In this document: positions 39,822 to 49,046 of the stretch, piece after piece
How the letters are laid out: each line of letters opens with the position of its first letter
How positions within the stretch are numbered: position 1 is the first letter of the stretch
Origin: an uncultured candidatus Brocadiaceae bacterium
Lineage (GTDB): Bacteria > Planctomycetota > UBA11346
Length of the DNA stretch: 60,285 nt
Reading direction: 5' to 3'
Assembly: GCA_964612995.1 (NCBI GenBank)
Contig: CAZTGE010000005.1
Coordinates: 1 to 60,285 of the forward strand
The notes under the pieces: model-generated
What the model was told of the DNA's origin: nothing
Seen by the model: only the letters and a program-made list of their open reading frames with translations
Database searches by the model: none
Made by a program: the position numbers and the translations under genes

Positions 39822-41057
39822 ATGCGAGACATTCCCTGCATGGCATCCGGCACGGACATCGTGCCGTCCGCGCGGCGGCGCCGCTGCCGGTGGCTGCGTG
39901 TGGCCCCGTGGGTATGCGGCCTGCTCGCGCTGACGGCCGCGGCCAGCGCCGAGGACTTCTACACCGAGTGGCGCGACCACGACGCCATCCTCACCCACCT
40001 GCGCGATCTGCAGACCGCGCACCCCGACCGTCTGAGCGAGACCAGCATCGGCACCACGCACGAGGGGCGCGATATTCCAGCTTTCCACCTCGTGGCGGGA
40101 GATCGCGCCGCCGCGCCGCGCCTGTTGTTGGTCGGCACCCAGCATGCGCGCGAGTGGATCTCGCCGATGGCCTGCGTCTACGTCCTCGAGCAGTTGCTGA
40201 CCAACCCCGAGGACGACCCGCAGGTGGCGGCGATGGCCGCCGGCGTGGACCTCACGGTGGTACCGATCGCCAACCCGGATGGCTACATCTACTCGTGGGC
40301 CGACGAGGACAACCGCGGCTGGCGCAAGAACCGCCGCGACAACGGCGACGGCAGCTACGGCGTCGACCTCAACCGCAATTGGGACTACGCCTGGGTCGCC
40401 TCCGACGACCCGGACTGGTACACCTACCCGGGCCCGGAGGCCTTCTCGGAGCCCGAGACCCGCGCCCTGCGCGATCTCACCCTCTCGCTTCCGGACCTCC
40501 AGGCGGCGGTCGACGTGCATACGCCTTTCGGCTACGTCATCCAGCCCCTCGCCTCGTCGGCGGATCCAGCGCCACGCTACGACGAACTGGAGCCGATCAC
40601 CACACGCGCCGTGGAAGCGATGAGCGCATGCATCGACGACGATTTCTACGATTACCTCGCCAGTTACGGCGGTTATGGCGCCAACGGCGCGGGCATCGAC
40701 TGGTGGCTGGGCACGGCCGACGTCCTCGCCTGGGGCTGGGAACTCGACCGCGGCAACGACGCGGCCGACATCCTGCCGAGCAGTCGCGAGGCCCTGGCTG
40801 GCCTGCTGGTCCTCGGCGAGGCGCTCGACGCGATGGGCGATCGCGTGGTGACCCTGACCGTGCACGAGGATGATGCACCGGTGACGACCAGCGTGCATCT
40901 GCTCAGCCGCGACCTCGAGAGCGTCGAGGCCGAGGTCCACAGCTTCGGCCATCTCGCCAGCGACCGGGATCATCCCTTCGCCTTCGTCGCGCCGGCGCCG
41001 GCCGGGGTCGCCGAGGCGAGCGGATCGACCGCACCGGTCGCGCGGCCCGCTTTCTGA
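39822..41057 (+). CDS. M14 family zinc carboxypeptidase
   Basis: QHAREWI, NPDGY, WRKNRR, GVDLNRNW, FSEPET, DVH. Confidence 0.92.
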   Translation: MRDIPCMASGTDIVPSARRRRCRWLRVAPWVCGLLALTAAASAEDFYTEWRDHDAILTHLRDLQTAHPDRLSETSIGTTHEGRDIPAFHLVAGDRAAAPRLLLVGTQHAREWISPMACVYVLEQLLTNPEDDPQVAAMAAGVDLTVVPIANPDGYIYSWADEDNRGWRKNRRDNGDGSYGVDLNRNWDYAWVASDDPDWYTYPGPEAFSEPETRALRDLTLSLPDLQAAVDVHTPFGYVIQPLASSADPAPRYDELEPITTRAVEAMSACIDDDFYDYLASYGGYGANGAGIDWWLGTADVLAWGWELDRGNDAADILPSSREALAGLLVLGEALDAMGDRVVTLTVHEDDAPVTTSVHLLSRDLESVEAEVHSFGHLASDRDHPFAFVAPAPAGVAEASGSTAPVARPAF

Positions 41058-41098
41058 GCCTGCAGGCCCGATGCCGGTCGTTGCCCTCGACCATGGGC

Positions 41099-41433
41099 GC
41101 GCGTAACTACTCAGGCCCAATGGGCATGAGTGGTTACGCGCCATATTCGGGGCCCCATCGTACGCGATGGGGTCTGACGCCGAGTGGTGGGCGAAGCGGG
41201 TATCGCCGCAGGCGATAGCTGGCCCCGGTGGGGCCAGCGGCCCGTGGAGCGCAAGCGCAGCCCCGCAGGTCGTCAGGCCGAGGAGCAAGTGCCGCCGGAG
41301 GGCGGACACGTTTCGGCGCAGCCGATCCGCCCACGCCTGAATCTGCCTGCAGATTCAGGCGAACCACGACAAAGCCAGAGGGGCAGGCCCTCACGCAGTG
41401 AGGACCGTAGGGGCGAAGCCCCTGAGTGGTCAC
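41099..41433. repeat. hairpin-rich dispersed repeat element, copy B (longer form)
   Basis: Same modules and order as 2159-2385 plus an extra internal block of hairpins. Confidence 0.85.
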
Positions 41434-41726
41434 GTTGGGGTACTCACGGTTGCGATAACAGAAAGCGACCGCGGGGCGGCCGGCGACGATGGTGTCCTCG
41501 AAACGGAGCTGAATGTCGTCTTCAAGGCTGGCCAGAGAACGATGGATGCCTGCCGCCTGGCGCCGTCATATCGTAGCGCTCACAACAAATGACGCGGCAA
41601 CCCGGGCCCTGTCGAGGTTGTATCCTTTGCAGTCTCCAGGCTCGAACCTGCAGCCTCCAGGCTCGAACCATCACGACCGCTGCCGGATGCCAACGACGGC
41701 AGACCACCACAACGAAAGGTCGGTCC

Positions 41727-43346
41727 ATGCCATGTCGCCCTGTTCCACCCGCCCTGCGCCCCACCTTGCTCGCCCTGATCGGGATCGCCTGCCTGCACGC
41801 CGCTGCGGTGCCCGACTATCCCTGCTGGCAGGGGGCGGACGGCAGCGCCGCGGCTCCGGCCGGGGTCTCCCTGGTGGAGGATCCGGCACGAGCCAGGCTC
41901 GCTTGGGTCTGTAAGGAGCAGATTCCGATCAGTTACGAATCGGGTTGGTCGAACGCTGGCTGGCTGCGCGGCGGCTACTCCTCGCCAGTGGTCGCCGACG
42001 GCCGGGTCTACCTCTATTATTTCACCCCCACCGGGGACAAGCACGGCGAGGGCGGTCGCTGGAAGGGCGAGTACGGCGGCAATACCGACATCACCCTGAT
42101 CGACGCCGACGACGTCGCCCTGTGCGTCGACGCCGCCACCGGCGAGGTGCTGTGGAAGCGGGTGATGGCCGGCAAGGCCACCAACTGGAGCGTCAACGCC
42201 GCCGGCGCGCCGCACCTCACCCCCTGCGTCGCCGACGGCCGGGTCTACGTCGTCGGCAACATGGGGCGGATCTACTGCCTCGACGCCGAGAGCGGCGAAA
42301 CCCTGTGGGAGAACGACCTGGGCGAGTGGACCGCGAAATGGCAGGTCTATGAGGACTACTGCCTGCGCACCGGCGTCGGCATGATCCACAAGCAGAGCAT
42401 CGACCAGAGTCTGAAGCAACTCGAGAAGGAGAACGCCCCCGAACTCAAAGCGCTGCCGAATCCCGGCCCCAACCGCGGTTCGCCCGGTGCGGGGCTGAAT
42501 TTCTGTCCCACCGTCGCCGATGGCGTGCTGGTGGTCGCCAGCAATGGCGGCTCCAGCGCCCTGATCGGATACGATGCGCGCACCGGCAAACGCTTGTGGA
42601 CGGCCGGCCGTCGGGGGAGAGCCATCTCGCCCATCCCCTGGCGCCACGGCGAGCGCACCTACATCCTCAGCCAGTCCACGAAGCTCACCGCCCACGACCC
42701 GCGCACCGGCGAGGAATTGTGGACGGCCGCGACCGGCAGCGGCAGCGGCGGCTCGCCGGTGGTCGGCGAAGGCCACGCGGTCACCCGCCGGGGAGACACC
42801 CTGACCTGCTATCGCATCCATCCCAAGGGGGCACAGCAGGTCTGGCAGCATGAGAACAAAACGCTCAAGACGTCGTGGACCTCCATGTCCATCGCCGACG
42901 GCTATCTCCACTACGTCGTGCAGTCGCGCCACGTGCAGCGCTTCCCCGAAGCCGACGTCACCGATGCGATGCGCGACGAGATGAAACGCAGTGGCGGCGG
43001 ACTGAAGTGGTCCGGCCTGGTCTCGGTGGAACTGGCGACCGGCGAGATCCATCGCGTCTACAGTGGCCAGGATCGCAACGTCAACACCGTCATCGGCGAC
43101 GGGTTGTGCTTCACCGACCTCGGCATCTACGACATCCGCGACCCGACCGCGGCACGCTACCTCGGCGACTTCACCATCCAGGATGGCGAGGTGCAGCTGG
43201 ACCAGGTCGGCCAGGGCCGGGGCGACCACCAACTGCGCGGCGGCGGCTGGGTCACCCCGGCCTATGTCGGCGGCCGGCTCTACGTGCGCGGCTTCAGCCC
43301 GAAGGAAGGGTGCCACCGCCTCTTCTGTCTCGACTTCCGTCGCTGA
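41727..43346 (+). CDS. exported PQQ-binding-like beta-propeller protein (copy 1)
   Basis: SSPVVADGRVY, CVDAATGEVLW, CLDAESGETLW, TPAYVGGRLYVR; signal peptide. Confidence 0.88.
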   Translation: MPCRPVPPALRPTLLALIGIACLHAAAVPDYPCWQGADGSAAAPAGVSLVEDPARARLAWVCKEQIPISYESGWSNAGWLRGGYSSPVVADGRVYLYYFTPTGDKHGEGGRWKGEYGGNTDITLIDADDVALCVDAATGEVLWKRVMAGKATNWSVNAAGAPHLTPCVADGRVYVVGNMGRIYCLDAESGETLWENDLGEWTAKWQVYEDYCLRTGVGMIHKQSIDQSLKQLEKENAPELKALPNPGPNRGSPGAGLNFCPTVADGVLVVASNGGSSALIGYDARTGKRLWTAGRRGRAISPIPWRHGERTYILSQSTKLTAHDPRTGEELWTAATGSGSGGSPVVGEGHAVTRRGDTLTCYRIHPKGAQQVWQHENKTLKTSWTSMSIADGYLHYVVQSRHVQRFPEADVTDAMRDEMKRSGGGLKWSGLVSVELATGEIHRVYSGQDRNVNTVIGDGLCFTDLGIYDIRDPTAARYLGDFTIQDGEVQLDQVGQGRGDHQLRGGGWVTPAYVGGRLYVRGFSPKEGCHRLFCLDFRR

Positions 43347-43386
43347 AGCGTCATCGCCACTCCCGGCACAGGTGGTCGCCGCGCGC

Positions 43387-43975
43387 TCACTGCCCCTCAC
43401 CGTCCCGATCGGTGGCGGTGACGCCTTGGGCGCGGCGATGCCAGCGTGTCGGTGAGAGGCCAAGCTCGCGGGCGAATACGCGCCGCAGGACGCTTCCCGC
43501 GCTGATGCCGCTCTCGCGTGCGATCTCCTCGATGCTCCGCTCGACGGCGTTCTCGAGCAGATAGCAGGCAAGCTCGATACGACGCCGGACGATCGCCTTG
43601 CCGGGCCCGTAGCCCCGCAGCTCGATGAGGCGCTGGGTCAGGGTCGAACGTGAGACCCCGAGCATCGCCGCGACCTCGGCCACCGTGATCCCCTCGCAGG
43701 CACGCTGGTGGATGAGCGTCTCGGCGGCGCTGACCAGGCCGTAGGATCCGGTCTCATCCCCCGGTTTCTCCTGCAACTGCCACGCCAGCAAGCGCGCCAA
43801 CAGCAGGAACAGCTGGGCGTTGACTTTCAGATGGGCGATGGCGTCGATCCAGTAGGTCGCCTGCGCCTCATCGATGAAGCGGATGGCGGCTTGCGACCAC
43901 CCCGATGGCAAGACCACGGGCAGAGGACGGTCGAACAGCTCCTGCCAGCCCGGTTGCGGGGGCATACGCACATCG
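43387..43975 (-). pseudogene. 5'-truncated copy of the AraC-family regulator
   Basis: Nearly identical to 46389-46977; homology stops at 43975 where short repeats begin. Confidence 0.85.
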
Positions 43976-43982
43976 GCCAGGA

Positions 43983-44033
43983 CAGGGACAGGCGCAGAGA
44001 CCACGCCTTGCCAGGGACAGGCGCAGAGACCAG
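43983..44033. repeat. short direct repeats at the duplication junction
   Basis: CAGGGACAGGCGCAGAGACCA present twice, with further GGACAG motifs. Confidence 0.7.
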
Positions 44034-44728
44034 GGCAGGGCCAGGAGACTGGACAGCGGTAGGAGTGACACCGCCGACAGACCTGATGCGTTACCGACTC
44101 TGAGCGACGGATAGCGAAGGAAACGCAGCTGTAGTTCGTACAGCGGGTCACCCTCCTCCGCCTTGCTCGTTTTGCGAACAATCCCGAGGTTCTTCTGCCC
44201 TCCGGCGGCTGTCATCAGTGGTGATGGGCCACAGATCGGCGAGGCCACCAAAGAAAGGGGGTACTTGCTGCTCGCCGACTTTTGGTGATCAGGCGGCATC
44301 GCGTGGGGGGGCGGATTGGCGCTCGCCTGTCATGCGAGCATCGGCAGCAGGCATCGGCTCCGGTAAGCGGCGACTGCACCGTCGCTGCAGCGGGCCCTGG
44401 AGCCCCTCGGCGATCGCCAGAGCACAGTCGGTGCCAGTTATGCTGGGGGGTCGTCCGTCCGGCCTCATAGCGTCTCGGACGCTCACTGCGCGTGGCGCCG
44501 GGAGAATCCTGCCGCTGAACACCCGACTGAGCGTCGAGGGGGACGCCGGGAGCCCAGCTACCAGCATCCGACGTTCACCGGTGCCGCCATATCGTAGCGC
44601 TCAGGACAAATGGCGCGGCAACCCAGCTCCGGTCGAGCTTGTATCTTCTGCAGCATCGCAGCTCGAACCATCCCGTCCGGTGCCGGATGTGGACGGCGGC
44701 GAAGCGCCCCACAACGAGAGGCCGATCC

Positions 44729-46348
44729 ATGCCCTTCCATCCTGCACGATCCGTCCTGCGCAGCACCCTGGTCGCCCTGATCGGCGCCGCCTGCCTGCTC
44801 CCCGCCGCGGTGCCCGACTATCCCTGCTGGCAGGGGGCGGACGGCAGCGCCGCGGCTCCGGCCGGGGTCTCCCTGGTGGAGGATCCGGCACGAGCCAGGC
44901 TCGCTTGGGTCTGTAAGGAGCAGATTCCGATCAGTTACGAATCGGGTTGGTCGAACGCTGGCTGGCTGCGCGGCGGCTACTCCTCGCCAGTGGTCGCCGA
45001 CGGCCGGGTCTACCTCTATTATTTCACCCCCACCGGGGACAAGCACGGCGAGGGCGGTCGCTGGAAGGGCGAGTACGGCGGCAATACCGACATCACCCTG
45101 ATCGACGCCGACGACGTCGCCCTGTGCGTCGACGCCGCCACCGGCGAGGTGCTGTGGAAGCGGGTGATGGCCGGCAAGGCCACCAACTGGAGCGTCAACG
45201 CCGCCGGCGCGCCGCACCTCACCCCCTGCGTCGCCGACGGCCGGGTCTACGTCGTCGGCAACATGGGTCGGATCTACTGCCTCGACGCCGAGAGCGGCGA
45301 CACGCTGTGGGAGAACGACCTGGGCGAGTGGACCGCGAAATGGCAGGTCTATGAGGATTACTGCCTGCGCACCGGCGTCGGCATGATCCATAAACAGAGC
45401 ATCGACCAGAGCCTGAAGCAGCTCGAGAAGGTGAACGCCCCCGAGCTCAAGGCGCTGCCGGACCCCGGCCCCTACCGCGGCTCGCCCGGGGCGGGGTTGA
45501 ATTTCTGTCCCACCGTCGCCGATGGCGTGCTGGTGGTCGCCAGCAATGGCGGCTCCAGCGCCCTGATCGGATACGATGCGCGCACCGGCAAACGCTTGTG
45601 GACGGCCGGCCGTCGGGGGAGAGCCATCTCGCCCATCCCCTGGCGCCACGGCGAGCGCACCTACATCCTCAGCCAGTCCACGAAGCTCACCGCCCACGAC
45701 CCGCGCACCGGCGAGGAATTGTGGACGGCCGCGACCGGCAGCGGCAGCGGCGGCTCGCCGGTGGTCGGCGAAGGCCACGCGGTCACCCGCCGGGGAGACA
45801 CCCTGACCTGCTATCGCATCCATCCCAAGGGGGCACAGCAGGTCTGGCAGCATGAGAACAAAACGCTCAAGACGTCGTGGACCTCCATGTCCATCGCCGA
45901 CGGCTATCTCCACTACGTCGTGCAGTCGCGCCACGTGCAGCGCTTCCCCGAAGCCGACGTCACCGATGCGATGCGCGACGAGATGAAACGCAGTGGCGGC
46001 GGACTGAAGTGGTCCGGCCTGGTCTCGGTGGAACTGGCGACCGGCGAGATCCATCGCGTCTACAGTGGCCAGGATCGCAACGTCAACACCGTCATCGGCG
46101 ACGGGTTGTGCTTCACCGACCTCGGCATCTACGACATCCGCGACCCGACCGCGGCACGCTACCTCGGCGACTTCACCATCCAGGATGGCGAGGTGCAGCT
46201 GGACCAGGTCGGCCAGGGCCGGGGCGACCACCAACTGCGCGGCGGCGGCTGGGTCACCCCGGCCTATGTCGGCGGCCGGCTCTACGTGCGCGGCTTCAGC
46301 CCGAAGGAAGGGTGCCACCGCCTCTTCTGTCTCGACTTCCGTCGCTGA
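44729..46348 (+). CDS. exported PQQ-binding-like beta-propeller protein (copy 2)
   Basis: As copy 1; different signal peptide. Confidence 0.88.
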   Translation: MPFHPARSVLRSTLVALIGAACLLPAAVPDYPCWQGADGSAAAPAGVSLVEDPARARLAWVCKEQIPISYESGWSNAGWLRGGYSSPVVADGRVYLYYFTPTGDKHGEGGRWKGEYGGNTDITLIDADDVALCVDAATGEVLWKRVMAGKATNWSVNAAGAPHLTPCVADGRVYVVGNMGRIYCLDAESGDTLWENDLGEWTAKWQVYEDYCLRTGVGMIHKQSIDQSLKQLEKVNAPELKALPDPGPYRGSPGAGLNFCPTVADGVLVVASNGGSSALIGYDARTGKRLWTAGRRGRAISPIPWRHGERTYILSQSTKLTAHDPRTGEELWTAATGSGSGGSPVVGEGHAVTRRGDTLTCYRIHPKGAQQVWQHENKTLKTSWTSMSIADGYLHYVVQSRHVQRFPEADVTDAMRDEMKRSGGGLKWSGLVSVELATGEIHRVYSGQDRNVNTVIGDGLCFTDLGIYDIRDPTAARYLGDFTIQDGEVQLDQVGQGRGDHQLRGGGWVTPAYVGGRLYVRGFSPKEGCHRLFCLDFRR

Positions 46349-46388
46349 AGCGTCATCGCCACTCCCGGCACAGGTGGTCGCCGCGCGC

Positions 46389-47276
46389 TCACTGCCCCTC
46401 ACCGTCCCGATCGGTGGCGGTGACGCCTTGGGCGCGGCGATGCCAGCGTGTCGGTGAGAGGCCAAGCTCGCGGGCGAATACGCGCCGCAGGACGCTTCCC
46501 GCGCTGATGCCGCTCTCGCGTGCGATCTCCTCGATGCTCCGCTCGACGGCGTTCTCGAGCAGATAGCAGGCAAGCTCGATACGACGCCGGACGATCGCCT
46601 TGCCGGGCCCGTAGCCCCGCAGCTCGATGAGGCGCTGGGTCAGGGTCGAACGTGAGACCCCGAGCATCGCCGCGACCTCGGCCACCGTGATCCCCTCGCA
46701 GGCACGCTGGTGGATGAGCGTCTCGGCGGCGCTGACCAGGCCGTAGGATCCGGTCTCATCCCCCGGTTTCTCCTGCAACTGCCACGCCAGCAAGCGCGCC
46801 AACAGCAGGAACAGCTGGGCGTTGACTTTCAGATGGGCGATGGCGTCGATCCAGTAGGTCGCCTGCGCCTCATCGATGAAGCGGATGGCGGCTTGCGACC
46901 ACCCCGATGGCAAGACCACGGGCAGGGGACGGTCGAACAGCTCCTGCCAGCCCGGTTGCGGGGGCATACGCACATCGATCACGCAGCCGTGGCGCTTGCT
47001 GTAGCGGGGGCGGTACACCACATCGAAGGCGAGATGGTGCGCCGTGGTGCCGGCTGCCAGCTCGACGGCGGTGCCGGGCCCACTGATCGCCACCTGTCCC
47101 GGACGCAGCGCCTGCTCGGCGGATTCCCGGTGCAGGAGGAGGGTGCCGTCGAAAGGGCGCCACAGATTGTAGGCGGTGCGCTGAGCGGGCCCATCGAGGC
47201 GCAGGTGGTCGCTTACCTGCCAGTAACGCCGGCCGAAGTAGACGAAAGGCGCGAGCGGCAACAGACGCGGATCCAT
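46389..47276 (-). CDS. AraC family transcriptional regulator
   Basis: Double HTH: VAEVAAMLGVSRSTL...SIEEIARESG...FARELGLSP..W. Confidence 0.9.
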   Translation of the reverse strand: MDPRLLPLAPFVYFGRRYWQVSDHLRLDGPAQRTAYNLWRPFDGTLLLHRESAEQALRPGQVAISGPGTAVELAAGTTAHHLAFDVVYRPRYSKRHGCVIDVRMPPQPGWQELFDRPLPVVLPSGWSQAAIRFIDEAQATYWIDAIAHLKVNAQLFLLLARLLAWQLQEKPGDETGSYGLVSAAETLIHQRACEGITVAEVAAMLGVSRSTLTQRLIELRGYGPGKAIVRRRIELACYLLENAVERSIEEIARESGISAGSVLRRVFARELGLSPTRWHRRAQGVTATDRDGEGQ

Positions 47277-47530
47277 CGTGGCAAGCCTACGACATCCGGC
47301 TCGCTCGGCAACGTCATGCCTTCTTCAGCGGAACGCGAATGGCAGGCGCCGGGCAGCGTTCCTGGCAGAAGGGCGTCACCGATACTCGCGGGGTCGGCTC
47401 CTTCAGGGGATGGAGCACGGTCCTCGGCCGGTCTTCCGGCTCGAGCCCGAGCCTTCTTCAAAGGGGGCGCTGCCGCTGCCCTCGGCTTCTGCAATCTCGG
47501 TCGCTGGACCCTGCGCAAAACGCGCAGGCT

Positions 47531-47650
47531 GGTTACTACCACCTGGCGTGCTTCACCATCGACGTGCCGCCGCTGCGCGAGCGCCGCCAGGATATCCCGC
47601 GGTTGTGGTTCAATTCCGTCGCCCCCCAGCAGGAGCGCTGGCTGCCATAG
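47531..47650 (+). pseudogene. fragment of a sigma-54-dependent activator
   Basis: YYHLACFTIDVPPLRERRQDIPRL matches the EBP motif LYYRL...PPLRERxxDI; no Walker A or GAFTGA nearby. Confidence 0.7.
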
Positions 47651-47723
47651 CACGGGCGCCGCCCGCTACAATGCCCCTTGGGGTGCGGGCGGCGCCCGCG
47701 CTATGGGAACCCGAAAAAGGGCC

Positions 47724-47762
47724 CGGTAACCACTCATGCCCGATGGGCCTGAGTGGTTACCG
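47724..47762. repeat. stand-alone palindrome of the GTAACCACTCA family
   Basis: CGGTAACCACTCATGCCC-gat-GGGCCTGAGTGGTTACCG. Confidence 0.88.
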
Positions 47763-47804
47763 CGATGCATGGTGCCGTTGTCGTAGATCCCGAACGCGGA
47801 GCGT

Positions 47805-48041
47805 CTACGACGCCGACAGGATCTTCTTGATATCACCTGCGGAGGGCACCTTGCCGGAGACCTTGACCTCGCCATCGACGGCCAGAGCCGGGGTCATCAT
47901 CACGCCCATCGCCATGATGTCGTTGATGTCCTCGACCTTCTCGATGGTGTAGTCGACGCCGCACTCCGTGGCCACGGAATCGGCCAGTTCGTAGAGCTTC
48001 TTGCACTTGGGGCAGCCAGTGCCGAGTACCTGGATCTTCAT
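47805..48041 (-). CDS. small redox-active disulfide protein (MTH895/ArsE-like thioredoxin)
   Basis: MKIQVLGTGCPKC...GVMMTPALAVDG. Confidence 0.9.
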   Translation of the reverse strand: MKIQVLGTGCPKCKKLYELADSVATECGVDYTIEKVEDINDIMAMGVMMTPALAVDGEVKVSGKVPSAGDIKKILSAS

Positions 48042-48061
48042 GGTTTCATCCTTCACGGGGG

Positions 48062-48352
48062 TCAGCTGCAGCAGGATTTCCCGCCGCCGGTTTCGTTCTG
48101 GTAGGTGTCGAATTGGATGTTCTTCTGGCCGGCCGCAACGGCCATGACCTTGGCGAGGACGTCCTGGATCGCGACCTCGTCGAGGTCGTGGGCGGCGCAG
48201 GCCTTGAGGTAGTGCTTGGTGCAGGGATGGCAGTTGAGCGCCATGGATGCCGCCAGACCGGCGATGGCCATCTCCCGTTCATCGAGTTTCTGCCCGCGGA
48301 CCGTGTTCTGGTAGAACGCGGACCACGGCTGTTTGTGTTGATCGTTGAGCAT
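48062..48352 (-). CDS. carboxymuconolactone decarboxylase/AhpD-like protein
   Basis: LDERE...AASMALNCHPCTKHY; ends in CCS. Confidence 0.75.
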   Translation of the reverse strand: MLNDQHKQPWSAFYQNTVRGQKLDEREMAIAGLAASMALNCHPCTKHYLKACAAHDLDEVAIQDVLAKVMAVAAGQKNIQFDTYQNETGGGKSCCS

Positions 48353-48362
48353 GGGGTCCCTT

Positions 48363-49046
48363 TCAGAAGAGTTGGTAGGTGTACTTGAGGGCGTAGAAAA
48401 TGCCGGCCAGGATGAGCGCGACCCCGAAAACCACCTGGATCACGCGTTCCACCCGACGCAGGTTGTTGAAGACGGTGCCGACGCGGTTGGCGGCGAAGGC
48501 GATCACCAGGGCGAAGAACACCACCGGCAGGGCCGTGCTCAGGCCGAAGATCGTCGGCAGAAAAATGGGGGATTCCCCGGCGATGGCCGCCGGGATGAGG
48601 ACGCCGAAGTACCATCCGGCCGACACCGGACAGAAGGAGAGGGCGAAGAGCACGCCGAGGATCAGCGGACCGAGGAAGCCGGCCTTGGCCAGCCGCAATC
48701 GCAAAGACTGCGAGCCGGCCTGGAGGTTGAAGCTGCCTCCCACCCATCCCAGGAGCACCATGCCGACCAGGATCAGAATGGGGCCGAGGAAGGCGGCGCC
48801 GTAGCGCTGCAGGAAACGCCCCATGTCGCCAGCGGCCACCAGGCCCCAGACCAGAACGGCCGCCAACGCGACGTAGGTTATGCTGCGACCGATGGTGTAG
48901 AGCAGGCCAGCGACGAGGATCCGCCGCCGGTCCTCGACGTCCTTGCCGATGAAGGAGATGGCGGCGATATTCGCCGCCAACGGACAGGGGCTGATCGAGG
49001 TCATGATCCCCGCAGAGAGCGCGATCCAGATCCCTTCCCACATCAT
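48363..49046 (-). CDS. ArsG-like / CcdA-DsbD-type membrane protein
   Basis: TSISPCPLA.NIAA and LSFCPVS motifs; multiple TM segments. Confidence 0.85.
   Translation of the reverse strand: MMWEGIWIALSAGIMTSISPCPLAANIAAISFIGKDVEDRRRILVAGLLYTIGRSITYVALAAVLVWGLVAAGDMGRFLQRYGAAFLGPILILVGMVLLGWVGGSFNLQAGSQSLRLRLAKAGFLGPLILGVLFALSFCPVSAGWYFGVLIPAAIAGESPIFLPTIFGLSTALPVVFFALVIAFAANRVGTVFNNLRRVERVIQVVFGVALILAGIFYALKYTYQLF

Larger units (their letters stand above)
41562..46977. repeat. direct duplication with 3002-bp period (41562-43975 / 44583-46977)
   Basis: Near-identical sequence from 41805/44807 to 43975/46977; diverged but alignable upstream segments. Confidence 0.95.

Noticed and set aside
43868-44560. 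Protein-coding gene in the duplication spacer
   Set aside because: Only short ORFs with no recognisable motif that run into the repeats; at most an unidentifiable remnant
41727-46348. Diversity-generating retroelement template/variable repeat pair
   Set aside because: Differences are not adenine-specific, are mostly synonymous, and no reverse transcriptase is present
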